Assembly: GCA_964016885.1 (NCBI GenBank)
Contig: OZ024742.1
Location: 296,546,001-296,610,000, forward strand
Length of the DNA: 64,000 nucleotides
Direction of reading: 5' to 3'
Source of the DNA: Eledone cirrhosa
Lineage: Eukaryota
The notes beneath the pieces are model-generated. The model worked only from the letters and a program-made list of their open reading frames with translations. It ran no database searches and was not told where the DNA came from. Positions 12,681 to 31,754 of the stretch are shown here, piece by piece. The stretch's first letter is position 1; every line of letters begins with the position of its first letter. Position numbers and translations under genes: made by a program.

Positions 12681-13256
12681 TTAGCAGAAGAAGCACTCTT
12701 CGGGTGGTTTTCTGCTAGCATGTGTAGTGTGTATATTGATATTATACGCAAGTATATATGAATGTAGATATGATCAAATAAAATCGCAATTGACAATATA
12801 CACAGGAATTGTCCATCAAAGTAGAAACAATTATAAATAGACAATATTATATATAAACTGGATTAGAAGAAAATTAGTGACAGAAATATATGTATGTTTA
12901 TTTAAACGATCGCTAACCGGAAGTGTTGACATTTGAAAATGTTAAAGAAGTGAATCTTTAAATAAGTAATAAAATATATTTAATGAACAGCTACGAAATT
13001 TAGTAGATGAATTATGTAATATTCATTCATTATTTATTCAAAGTAATCTGAGTTCAAATCCCGCTGAGGTTAACTTTGCCTTTCATCCTTACGGGGTCGA
13101 TAAAATAAAGTACCAGTAATGTACTGGGTGATTGCTGCCCTTGTGCCTAAAGTAGAAACAATTATTTATTCAAAGAAATCAAACTTATTTTACTAAGGGG
13201 ATAAAAAATTATAAACCGTACGCAGTCCCGCGCTTCTTACTTTATTATAGTTTAGA
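12681..13256 (-). mobile_element. complete non-autonomous Helitron
   Basis: A|TC 5' end at 13256; 3' hairpin plus CTAA|T at 12681; last ~130 bp homologous to autonomous Helitron end 17730-17854. Confidence 0.8.
13047..13165 (+). mobile_element. 5'-truncated tRNA-SINE family M
   Basis: B-box gagttcaaatcc through gaaacaattatt; TSD attatttattcaaag. Confidence 0.85.
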
Positions 13257-13526
13257 TTAAGCACTGTTGTATGCTCCTTGATTAGATATATATAAATGTA
13301 ATAGCATAAAAATTATGTCTGATGCAGACACACATTTATATATATTTATATATATATACACATACCACACCAAACACAAATCGTCTTCCGAAGTTAGTGA
13401 AGCTATTATTAATCCTCCCCGGGTGAAGTAACTTGCAAATTCTTCGTAATTCATGAAATGCAATTATACATCTAACGGGGACACACACACACAAATATAT
13501 CTATTCATACATAGACATATATATAG

Positions 13527-13992
13527 GCAAAGTCTGGTCTGAAGTGCGCATGTGCAAAGTCTGGACCGAAGTGCACATGCGTGAAGCTGGTCCGAAGTGC
13601 GCATGCGTGAAGTCTGGTCCGAAATGCGCATGCGTGAAGTCTGGCGTGAAGTGTGGTCGGTACTGTGCACACGTGAAGCCTGGTCCGAAGTGTGCATGCG
13701 TGAAGTCTGGTTTGAAGTGCACATGCGCGATGTCTGGTGTGAAGTGCGCATGCGCAAAGGCTGGTCCGAAATGTGCATACGCGAAGGCTGGTCTGTACTG
13801 TGCATGCGTGAAGTCTGGTCCGAAAAGCGCATGTGTGAAGGGTGGTCTGTACTGCACATGTGCGAAGGATGGTCAGTACTGCGCATGCGCAAAGGCTGTT
13901 CCGAAGCTCGCATGTGCGAAGGCTGGTCCGAAGTTTGCATGTGTGAAGGTAGGTCCAAAGTGCGCATGTGTGAAGGCTAGTCCGTACTGCAT
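13527..13992. repeat. 27-bp GC-rich minisatellite (~17 units)
   Basis: unit gaagtctggtccgaagtgcgcatgcgt, no spacers. Confidence 0.9.
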
Positions 13993-14491
13993 ATACACTA
14001 ATATAGACACACATACATACTGCACACAAATCCTCTTCCGAGGTTAGTGAAGCTCAAGACACTTTATTTCGTCTTTCTTCTCTCCACTGAAGTAAAAAAA
14101 AGTGTACTCTGCCAGTAAGTCGAAGAACCAATGTATTCCCACCCTGAAATCCTCCGTTATACATGTCTATGGAATGCTCAGGCACTCTAATCTTAATTTC
14201 AGGCAGTTCCATTTGAGAAACCTAGCTGGAAGAATCTTTGTCGCAAGCGATACATATGAACACATAGATACACACTCACATTTCAAAGAGAATAGAAGAG
14301 ATCAATAAAATAAGTACTAGATTTTAAAATATATGTACTGGAATTGAGGTCAAGAAAATCCTTTAATCGTGGTACTCCAGCATGGGCACAGTCTAATGTC
14401 TGAAACAAGTGCAGGCCGGAGAATTTTTCTTCCTCCTTCAATCTATGGTTCCCCTCGCTTCTACAGTGAGGGCTTTCAGAATTCGATGACT

Positions 14492-17383
14492 GTGGTTCGA
14501 CACATTGGAAAGCCATCTTATTTTATCTAGGTAACAACTAACCCTAACTGGGATGAAATAAAAAATAGTTTGCATCCTGGTGAAGAACCTAGAGACCATC
14601 CTGATATTTGTGCAAGAGTCTTCAAGATCAAGTATGACAGCCCCATGGATGAGATACTGAAAGAAAATGTCCTAGGGAAAGTTGTGGCTCATTCTGCTAC
14701 AATAGAGAGGCAGAAAACGAGGCCTCACTCATGCTCATATTCTGCTGATAATGGCTGAAGATAGCAAGCCCAAAACTGCTGATGCCATTGATCAGGTGAG
14801 ATTACTGTGAGATTCCTAATAAAGAGACCAATCCAATTCTGCATAAGATCATCACATCCTGCAACATCATGGCCCATGTGGACAAGCTAATATGATGTGC
14901 CCATGTATGGAAACACTAGGACAACAACGCCATTGCTCAAAAAGTTATCCCAAGGCATTCAGACAAACCATATTTGTTGCCGAAAATTCCTTTCCGGAAT
15001 ATAGAAGAAGGGATAGACATCATGGTGGTCCCACCCATACAATCCAACTGTTGATAATCGTTGGATTGTTCCATACAACCCTTTCCTCTCATTGAGATAT
15101 CAGTGCCACATCAATTGTGAGGTTGTCCACAGTGTCAAGGCTGTTAAGTACATCACACAAGGATCAGACAAGATCACTTTCACTATTAAGGATGATCAAA
15201 GGCGGTGGATTGGCAGTATCGGTAGAGGGTCGGACGCCATGCTTTCCAGCATAGTTACGTCCCTTTATGATCTGAGTTCAAATCCCGCCGAGGTTGACTT
15301 TGCCTTTCATCCTTACGGGTCGATAAAATAAAGTACCAGTAATGCACTGGGTGATTTCTGGCCTTGTGCCTAAAGTAGAAACAACTATTAAGGATGATCA
15401 AGGAAATTGTGTCCATGCCCAAAATGAGATTGAGACCTATATCAATGCATGCTACATCTCAGCCAGTGAAGCATTCTGGAGAATCTATAAATTTCCATTA
15501 CATCATCGAAAACTGCCAGTTGAAAAGTTGCCTTGCCATTTACCTGAGGAACAAATGGTTGTGTATGAGTGAGGGCAGGAAGAAAGTATTGTTTCTAGGG
15601 GACAACCAATGACTAAGTTGACGGAATATTTTCAACTGAATATTAGAGACCCACTGGCACAAAACATATTGTATATTGATATTCCTAAATATTTCACTTG
15701 GACAAACAAAAAGTCGCAAAGAAGAAAAAAGGGACATCTGGATGGTGATCAACAATTTATGAGTGAATCTCTTGGATGCATTCCAACAGTATCTCTCACT
15801 AGACATCAATCTGAATTATATTACCTCAGGATGATCCTACATCACAAGGATAGGTCAACTTCATACATAGATTTGAGGAAAATTGAAGGAGTTGAATTTC
15901 CAACATTCTAAGAAGCATGCAGGAAACTTGGTCTGTTAGATGAAGATAGAGAAAAAGACAAAGCTATGAAAGAGGCCTCAGCTGCGAGAGATCTTCTGCA
16001 CCATCTTATTGTACAGCATGCCAAATGACCCTCTACAGTTCTGGGAGAAATGGAAGAATTGTCTTGCAGAGGATATCATGCATTTATGTCATGAGCAAGT
16101 CATGTCCATGCAAACCGTGCAGATTGTTCTACAGAAGATCCAACAAATACTTCAACATGATGGCTTGGACATTCATGCCAACTATGGACTTCCTTGGCCA
16201 GACCCAACTATTGTTGCCATACCAGAAATCAACAGGGTTCTTATGGCAGAAACTGACTTCAATACTGCAAGCAAACATAAATGAACTTCTGCCAACTGAT
16301 TATTTTTCACAAAGTAATCACCTCTGTAAATGAAAATGAAGACAGAATTTTCTGCTTGAATGCAAGTGCAGGTACAGGAAAGACCTATGTCATAAACATC
16401 CTATCGGTTCACCTCCAATCTACAAAATAAAATTGCACTTGCCACTGCCATATCTGGAATAGCAGCCACTTTGCTTCACAAAGGTAGAACTCTTCATTCC
16501 AAGTGCAAGATTCCTCTCAATGTGACTGCTGAATCAACTTGCTTCTTCACAAAGAGGGATGACACAGGTAAACTAATGCAGCAAGCAGATGAAAGACAGT
16601 TTGCAAATTACCTTCTTGATGTGGGAAATGGTAACATTCCAACTGTTCCAACTGTAGGTGCATTCACAATTCTTCTGCCAAATGAACTTTGTCTGGAATA
16701 TGGTAATGTGTCTGGACTGTGTGATTTTGTGTATACAAATCTTCCAGGAAACTACACAAACCCACTATGGCTTGCAAATAGAGCCATTATCACTCCAAAA
16801 AATGATGCAGCAAGATTGGTGAATGAGTTCATAGTCAACAAGTTCCCTGGTCATGAAATAATCTACAGAAGCTCTGATACACTAGATGATGAACTGCAAT
16901 ATCCAATTGAGTTCATCAACAAACTTACCCCATCAGGCTTCCCAACATACATACTTAAACTGAAGAAGGGCAGTTGCATCATGCTTCTGAGAAATCTGGA
17001 TCCTCTAAACGGGCATTGCAATGGTACACACTACATCATCATCAGTTTACATAATCATGTAATTGAAGCTGAAGTGGCATTGGGTCCCAATGCTGGAACA
17101 AGGTTGCTAATCCCAAGGATACCACATGTATCTCAAGAGCTTGAGTTCCCTTTCACCTTTACTCGCAAGCAATTTCCTGTCAAACCAGCCTTTGCCCTTA
17201 CATGCAACAAGGCCCAAGGGAAGACATTTGAAAAGATAGGTGTATATCTACTAACACAATTCTTCTCACATGGTCAGATGTATGTTGCATTATCACGAGT
17301 TTACAAAGAAAGAAAATATAAAAATATTAAATGAAAGGGGTCTGTTTGCTGACAACTGTGCCTACAAAGAAATTCTACAGTGA
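14492..17383 (+). pseudogene. Helitron Rep (HUH) / PIF1-like helicase, multiply disrupted
   Basis: GKPSYFI*VTTNPNWDEI, IERQKRG..HAHIL, YISASEAFWRI, ELYYLRMIL, NASAGTGKTY, SGIAATLL..GRTLHS, LLRNLD..GHCNGT, KQFPVKPAFALTCNKAQG, FSHGQMYVALSRV; helicase motif II/III region deleted near 16585. Confidence 0.92.
15200..15383 (+). mobile_element. full-length tRNA-SINE family M inserted in Helitron Rep
   Basis: A-box tggcagtatcgg, B-box gagttcaaatcc; 18-bp TSD actattaaggatgatcaa at 15182-15199 and 15384-15401. Confidence 0.93.
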
Positions 17384-17912
17384 TGTGAAACAGCTATCAC
17401 TCTCTTTTAGTTGAAATGCATTTCAGTTTCTTTTTAACTGCTAGAAAAGGGACACTACAAAAACTTAAGAAGTCTATATGTGAATACAGTAAAACAACAA
17501 TATAGCGAAGGTCAACTCTTCATATTGGTAAATGTAATTCATTCATTCATACCAGCAGCCTCTATTTTTAAATTCACTGCTTGAAGCTTCCCATCGACAT
17601 TCTCAAGTGAAGATTCATGAACATTTTCCGTCAACAGTTTCATCGTTTTTCCATCTCCATTATCGACTTTTTTTTTAAAATGTATCATGGATTACTTTAC
17701 TGATTACAGAAGTAAGTGTAACACAATCTTTGTTCAGTTCATGTGCATATTGTCAATTTACGTATTTTATCTATGTGCATATATATTTGCATATATCAAT
17801 ATACACACTATATATACTAGCAGAAAACCACCCAAAGGGCGGTTCTTCTGCTAGTACATATAAAATACATACATGTCCAGCCCCCCTAAGAGTTTCTTAC
17901 AGCTATATATAT

Positions 17913-18490
17913 ATATAAAGTACAGAACAATCAAATCTATGTTTAATACATTTTATTGCTGACAATCGTTTCTTTCAAACAGATGTTTGATTTCATCACA
18001 GCATTGGCAAATTTTAAACACATAATTAAATTCTTATACTACAGAACAATCATAAAGATACGTTGATATTATTGTTGCTATCATTCTTACTGTCTATATG
18101 CTTATGTACCACTAATGTCCTCCTTTGCGAGTAACCTTCTTTTATACTCTTTATCATACCCATTGCTACAGACCACAACATCTTCACTCTCTTTGAATAT
18201 GACACTATTGCTAGCAACAATAATACCAACGTATCTTTATGATTGTTCTGTAGAATAAGAATTTAATTAAGTGTTTAAACTTTGCCAATGCTCCGATGAA
18301 TCCAAACTGCTGTTTGAAAGAAACGATTGTCAGCAATAAAATATATTGAACATAGATTTGATTGTTCTGTACTTTATATTCCTGCTCTGTAATACACCTG
18401 ATGTATTTACATTGAGCTATTTTTCATACTGGTAATAAGGTGGTCAAAAATAAAAAAATACTGACTATTCCTGTTTATAATTATATATAG
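17913..18490 (+). mobile_element. fold-back PLE terminal-repeat element
   Basis: inverted arms 17913-18080 and 18212-18379, hammerhead motif in each arm, tail hairpin 18384-18417, (TA)n at left. Confidence 0.8.
18289..18335 (+). ncRNA. type I hammerhead ribozyme motif (CCGAUGA core)
   Basis: tgct-CCGATGA-[caaac/gtttg]-GAAAC-gatt-GTC-agca; mirror copy at 17957-18003 (-) has GTGATGA. Confidence 0.7.
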
Positions 18491-18607
18491 TTTATATAAT
18501 TTGCCTTTCATCCTTACGGGGTCGATAAAATAAAGTACTGTGTAATTGCTGGCCTTGTGCCTAAAGTAGAAACAATTATTAATATTATAAATATTATAAA
18601 TATTATA

Positions 18608-18651
<44 letters not shown>

Positions 18652-18657
<6 letters not shown>

Positions 18658-18810
18658 AAGGAATTGTGGTAAGGAACCAGATGGACCATAACGCACCAGA
18701 GTACTCAATACTTAGGGTAGTAGAGTGGGAAATAGGAAACAGTATGAAAGTCCCAAAAAAGCCATTGAAACGGCTTGAGCTCTGCCGTCGGGGTCATACT
18801 TTTTCCTATA

Positions 18811-18854
<44 letters not shown>

Positions 18855-19030
18855 AAACAAAGGAATTGTGATAAGGAACCAGGTGGACCATGACGCACCA
18901 GAGAACTCAATACTTAGGGTAGTAGAGTGGGAAATAGGAAAAGTATGACCCCGACGACAGAGCTCAACCCGTTTCGACAGCTATTTCTGGACTCAGTCCA
19001 GAAATAGCCGTCGAAAGGGCTTGAGCTCTA
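18652..19030 (-). mobile_element. two tandem PLE terminal-repeat elements (18652-18809, 18853-19030) separated by (TA)n
   Basis: 3' half of a hammerhead (GAAACGGC..GCCGTC ggggtca), central palindrome 18960-19029, tail hairpin ACTC..GAGT. Confidence 0.7.
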
Positions 19031-21990
19031 CTTATAGACTATAAAAAATTCAATATAGAAAGAACTAGAAAACTATTGCACAAGACTTTCAAAAACTATA
19101 ACCTAAGTATCACCATAGACAAAAACACTAAAAACGTTAACTTCCTAGACGCCACCCTCTACCTAGACTCAAGGATATATACACCATTCCATAAACCTAA
19201 CGAAAAACTCATTTACGTAGATACCAAGTCTAACCACCCTAGATCTATATTAAACTCTATCTCTAAGGGAGTATCCAATAGAATCTCTAATCTATCCTAT
19301 GACGTAAACATATTTAGCAAAAACTCGCAATATTATAATCAGGCATTAGCTAGATCAGACCATAATAAGGAGATCGAGTTCCTACCTACAAAAACACATA
19401 GCTACAACATTATTTCGCACAATATGTTCATGAGGAAAAATAGTAATAAGAATATCAACCACACACACACTAATACGAAGGATGCCAACAAACGTAACCC
19501 ACACCACAGAAGTTACCATAATACCATAAACGGAAACAACTCACCAGACATAAAAAACAAAAATAGAAGAAGAAATAATACATTTTTCAACCCTCCTTTC
19601 AATCTAAACGTCTCTAGGCTTTCTTCTCACTCCTAGATAAAGACTTCCCATCTGGCCACAAGTACCATAGCCTTTTAAACAAAAACACAATTAAAATCTC
19701 CTACTCTACCACGCCTAACATAGCATACCACATAGCTAGTAGCAATAAAAGAAAAATTAATTCTTACTTCCAACAAACTAAATCACAACAGGGGGTAAAC
19801 CTTCAAAATAACATTATATCAACTAACCCTGATAACAATAGTAATAATAGTAATAGCACTAATGTAAGCAATAACGCTGGGAACGACAACCCCCATAACC
19901 ATAATCCAACAGCTACCACCCAGACTTCTACACAACATAATAACCGGCAGGCTAACATCCAAAATAATTGTAACTGTAGATCTAATAGAACCTGCCCTTT
20001 AGATAAAAAATGCTTAATCAAGGATATCATATACTCATGCACCGTCACAACTAGCAACTCTTCTGAAACCTATATAGGCTCTACTTCAAACTGCTTCAAA
20101 ACCAGATACAATTCGCACCTCCATTCTTTCAAAAAACACAGTCTAGCCAACTTCACTTCACTATCTAGCTACATACACTATCTAAAAACTAAAAATAGAT
20201 CTTATACACTTAAATGGGAAGTGATAGGTAAGGCGACATCGTACAAACCACCTAATAAATTTTGTAACCTCTGTCTACTAGAGACCCATACTTTTATCTT
20301 CTCAAACCATAACCTCCTTAATAAAAAATCAGAAGTGTTCGGGTCATGCCAGCACCGCTTCCGACACTCCTTCCAAAACTTTAAACCCAATATATAGCAA
20401 TGTCAGAATTGAACCCATCACCACTTCTAGCAACACACCTCAAGGGCACACCTTACACCACAACTCCACACTCAATGATCCACCCTATCTTAACACAATT
20501 CGTGACTTCTATCTAAAACCTTTTACCCTAGAAATATCCCCATGTACACCTACTTTTAGTATAATTACTTTCAATTACTTAGACTGTATTATATCACTAT
20601 ATAATTTACATGTAAACTTTAAACACCGAATTCAGCAATGAATTATTTGTGCAAATGTTGTTGTATGTATGGAGTGCTATCATTAGATAAATAGAAGATT
20701 AATTTATTAACATAAAAGAGCTATATAACCTATATGTGGAGTACAATGAATTATGTACAAGTGGTATGTGAGTTATACATACATGTATAACTTGATAGAC
20801 AGATTAATGACATTGTAAGTGAGAATTGCTCTTTGGTCTACCCTAGAGATATTTAACTTTGCCATGCAATCAGCCATACGCTGACCCAGAGCTTACCAGG
20901 GGTTATATATAGACGTGGTTCTAATAAGACCCTGCCAGATTCTGTGAGTAGACTACATTTACAAAGAACATTGATATGGAGATCTGACTCTTCGTATGGA
21001 ATATTCAGTTGTAGCACTCTATGATAGGGAGTAATCATCCTAATATAGATACCTTTAGTACTTCATGATAGAGTAGACTGTAATTTAAAGATAGGATACT
21101 TAAATTTGGAAACTGTGTATAACCATATATATAAAGGACTCAATTGAGACACCTTTTAATGTACATTGGAATAATAAATTTAGTTACAGAAATCAGCTAG
21201 TTACCTCCCCTCACGCATTAACTCCCCTTAATCACACACATACTTCCGGAAAATAAAACGATGTAAATTCTCGCAACAAAAACACCTTGCTCTATAAAAT
21301 TGGATTAAAGAACACTGAGCCGCAACAGGCTGTAATAATTTAACTTAATACATCAAACATCCAATACTGAATCATCGATAATTATGTGAAGGACATATAA
21401 ACTATATATTACGTTTCCTGAATTGTGAAAATGGTGGTGTATACAAAAACCATAACATTATTTTGCTTCTCATTTATAATATTTCTCTGCACACAAGCTT
21501 CTTTATCATACACAAAAAATACTTTACCACTACAACCTCCATAATACTCTTGATTACCCGCTTAAAGTGCTTGTATTGCATGTAACACCTTGCCGCACAA
21601 TAATCATATATAAATAAGACAGACGTGCATGCCCCACGTGTAACTATTGCATGCAATAACTACTACAACTGACTAACAAACTATCCTCTTGCATTATCTT
21701 CGTAAACTGCCGATGTATTTTAATTTTAATTTTGCTTTGATTCTGTTTTAATATGATTTTAATTTTTGAATTTATGTTGCCATGCAAAAATAATATAATG
21801 GGTGTCACCCCACTGTGCATCAATATATACATATGTATCTGTATGTCTCTTGTGTTGGAAAGGAGGTCATGTATGTAAACAAACATTGAAAAATTGCTCC
21901 GAAGACACCAAACCTCGGTTTGGATGAAACAATTGTAAGCTAATAAATGGTTTGAACAGAACTTTGATTCATGTGAATTCTCTCTCTATA
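19031..21990 (+). mobile_element. Penelope-like retroelement, 5'-truncated
   Basis: NFLDATL, PFHKPN, SNHP, CNCR..TCPL..CL, IIYSC..YIGSTSNCFKTRYNSH, CNLCLLE (19031-20397), then ~1.6 kb non-coding sequence ending in a hammerhead and (TA)n; that all of it belongs to one element is inferred. Confidence 0.8.
21896..21940 (+). ncRNA. type I hammerhead ribozyme motif (CCGAAGA core)
   Basis: gct-CCGAAGA-[ccaaac/gtttgg]-GAAAC-aatt-GTA-agc; palindromic stem III ACAATTGT. Confidence 0.7.
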
Positions 21991-22009
21991 TATATATACA
22001 TATATATAT

Positions 22010-22216
22010 CATTTCATTTTTTCATTTCATTTTACGTCCGCTTTTTCCCTGCTTGCAAGGGTGGGACGGGAACTGATGCTGGTTTGATTTCTACAGCTGG
22101 ATGCCCTTCTTAACACCAACCTCATTTACAGTGAGTGCTGGGTGCTTTTTTGCCGTGGCACCTCCACGACCACTTTGCAGTGGAATGATATGGACCCCAG
22201 TCCCTATCATCTCATT
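22010..22216 (-). mobile_element. ~200-bp RTE-tailed short element
   Basis: near-identical to 59027-59222 with the same 5' end; shares tail with RTE at 9456-9514. Confidence 0.8.
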
Positions 22217-22352
22217 TCTACAGCTGAGTAAACTGGAGCAATGTGAAATAAAGTGTCTTGCTCAAGGAAACAACACATCACTCGGTCTGAGAATTGAACT
22301 CACAACCTTTCGATTGCAAGGCCAATGTCCTAACCACTAAGCAATGTGCCTC
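22217..22352 (-). mobile_element. tRNA-derived CORE/V-like SINE, 5' part
   Basis: reverse strand tgcttagtggttagg..gagttcaattct..ccttgagcaagacacttt; related copy at 48712-48955. Confidence 0.7.
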
Positions 22353-22404
22353 CATATATATATACATATATAAACATACATATATATATATACATATATA
22401 TACA

Positions 22405-29274
<6,870 letters not shown>

Positions 29275-29275
<1 letters not shown>

Positions 29276-29402
29276 AACATATGTTGATGCCCTAAGGACA
29301 GACACTGGTCTGTTGGAGATGCAGGATATGGCAGCGATAATGAGGGACAGAGACCGCTGGAGAGAACTCGTCCATGGATCTCGGGAATTTTACCCGCCTT
29401 AG
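29275..29402 (+). mobile_element. RTE-like LINE 3' fragment
   Basis: PRLTYVDALRTDTGL..MRDRDRWR C-terminal pattern. Confidence 0.55.
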
Positions 29403-29450
<48 letters not shown>

Positions 29451-30444
29451 CCACAGCTTCCATTTGCCAAATTTCATTTGAATGGCTTTGGTAAAAGACA
29501 TTTACTCAAATTACTGCACTGGCTATTGAAACTGAAACCATGTATCTGTGAGCAAAAGTTCTTAACCCCACAGCCATGCCTAACTTAACCCTACAACATT
29601 ACTAGTTCACTCATTTAACATCAAATCTCCATAAAATTGATTGGTTAATTGTGTATACAAATATAGTCACTTTTGTTTAATTGCATAGCATTTGTTTCAT
29701 TTTTTTTTTGCAAAAAATTGTTGAAGTGTAACATAAAATTGAACATCTGAATGGATATCAATAAAGTGATTCTGAAAGCTTCTGTTTTAACATTTTGTAT
29801 CATGTAATGGTTTAGTAGAAAATATCTAAAAACAGATTTGTCAATTGAAAGAGTTATAGAGATTTTACTTGTGGGCAGATCAGTGTAAACATTTGCAGTA
29901 TTAGAGACTTTAATTCTTAATGAAATGCAATCCTAATGCTATTTTGTACTTTTCAAAAATGTTTTGTTAATATGGTTTCACGTGGTACAGGATGTTGAGA
30001 GTTAATGATCAGATAGAATGATTGCAGTCAGTAGTTTATGTGCTCAAACAACCAGTGTCAATAGAATAAAATATATTCAAGGTATTTTTACTATTTCCAT
30101 TAATTAAAGACTATGACAGTTCAGATTACTGAGTAATGTTATTTTTAATTATGCAATTGATTTCTTCTGTGAATTGTACACTATATAAAGTGGTTGACAT
30201 TTAAAAGGGCTTCCAGTCATGGAAATCATGTCCAAATAAAACGTGTCTAGAAACACAGTATCTCCAATTAAGGACTGACTTGGTCTATAATGACCTGTCC
30301 AACCTTTCTCAGCATCGGAAAAATGGATGTCGAATAATGTTGATGTAAATAGAATTTACAAAAGAGTAATTTTGAATAAGGTGATGAAAAGATGCTATGT
30401 AGTTGTTTTCTTCATTATCGACTACATTAGCCTGAGGTTGACAT

Positions 30445-30748
30445 CAGGGCTGGATTTAATGGGGGGGAAAAGGGGGCAATTGCCCCAGGCCCCTTGCAGT
30501 GGGGGGAGGGGGAACAGCGATGGTTGTTGCAATATGTTAGTGCTCCCTACTGGGCTTTTTAGTTTAAGAAAGGTTAGATTTTTAAAAAATATAATACCTG
30601 TAAGTATAACTTTTCAATTCTAATTACTTGTGCCAAGCTGACTTTGATATGTAAAATTGAAGGTTTGCTATGTATTCTAATTTTTTATGTATGAGATGCT
30701 CTCCAAACCTCAAGTGCTCAGGCCCCCTAAGATCTAAATCCAGCCCTG
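30445..30748 (+). mobile_element. hAT-type MITE
   Basis: perfect 14-bp TIR CAGGGCTGGATTTA/TAAATCCAGCCCTG; TSD gttgacat/gttgacaa. Confidence 0.88.
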
Positions 30749-30867
30749 GTTGACAACTTGATTAATGTTCTTAATCCAGATGACCCTAGTTGATGTTCAG
30801 ATTTGAGTTACCAGTAATCTAAATTATATGTAATCCATTGTATAAATTCTGCTCAGCTTAGATAATT

Positions 30868-31247
30868 AAACCTACAGCCAGTAGGCACCTCTTAACCAAA
30901 TATACACCCCAATCCACTACCCCTACACTATCCTCCCACTCCCACCAACACCACCCCCTCTCTATAAAGTTGGTACCACAACATCCAATCCAATCCAAAT
31001 GAGATCAAGATCGAGATCGTGTAGGTGTCACGAGAAAAAACACACACAGTCGAGGCTGTAATGTGGTCGTGTAGGTAGCATGGTAAAAAGGGCATCCAGC
31101 CGTAGAAAACCTGCCAGATAGTCCTATATTGAGCGAGACACGGTCACCCGACCAACCTTGCCTCAAGTGGGACAACTCCCGTCTAACCCATGCTAGCGTG
31201 GAAAGTGGACGTTAAATGAGCATGATGATGATGATGATGATGATGAT
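30868..31247 (+). mobile_element. RTE 3'UTR copy
   Basis: homologous to the UTR part of 57050-57665; (GAT)n tail. Confidence 0.8.
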
Positions 31248-31535
31248 ATCTCTACTACCACTGATCTCAGCAATTGTACCACAAGATTATGTACCCCCAG
31301 TTATAGCATTTTAACATGCTCATAACCACCATCATTGAAGCAGGTTTCAATGCACTCCTGGCTTTTCAATGCTACATGTAGCAAATGAATAAACACAATT
31401 AAACTCCCTTTACAGCTTTAACACTCCACACACATGCAACAACAGGCTTCACCAAACCAACTAAAGTACTCCTCCCCCTTCTTCTATTCAGAGTCCTTGG
31501 TGATTTTTTCAATCTCTTTACAAGTGAATCACAAT

Positions 31536-31754
31536 TGGTGGATTGGTAGTATTGGTAGAGAGTCGGACACCATGCTTTGCACCATAGAGTTATGGTCTTT
31601 TATGATCTGAGTTCATATCATGCCGAGGTTAACTGTGCTCTCATCCTTATGGGGTAGATAAAATAAAGTACCAGTCATGCACTGGGGTCGATTTAATCGA
31701 CTTTCTCCTCCCCCAAAATTGCTGGCCTTGTGCCTATATGAGATACCATTATTA
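31536..31754 (+). mobile_element. tRNA-SINE family M, older variant
   Basis: same head, core and tail as 15200-15383; more diverged copies at ~32760-32920 (-) and ~33000-33105 (+). Confidence 0.8.

Larger units (their letters stand above)
14492..17854 (+). mobile_element. decayed autonomous Helitron (5' end not identified)
   Basis: RepHel remnants; terminal hairpin ctagcagaaaaccacccaaagggcggttcttctgCTAG|T at 17817-17855. Confidence 0.92.

Noticed and set aside
13464-14047. Overlapping repetitive ORFs / CRISPR-like array
   Set aside because: Head-to-tail 27-bp units with no unique spacers; frames stay open because the unit length is a multiple of 3; eukaryotic context with no cas genes
15200-15290. 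tRNA gene
   Set aside because: A/B boxes belong to a SINE head repeated many times with a shared body; no cloverleaf
16471-17334. Host PIF1 helicase gene
   Set aside because: Intronless, downstream of HUH Rep motifs, internally deleted and followed by a Helitron 3' terminus
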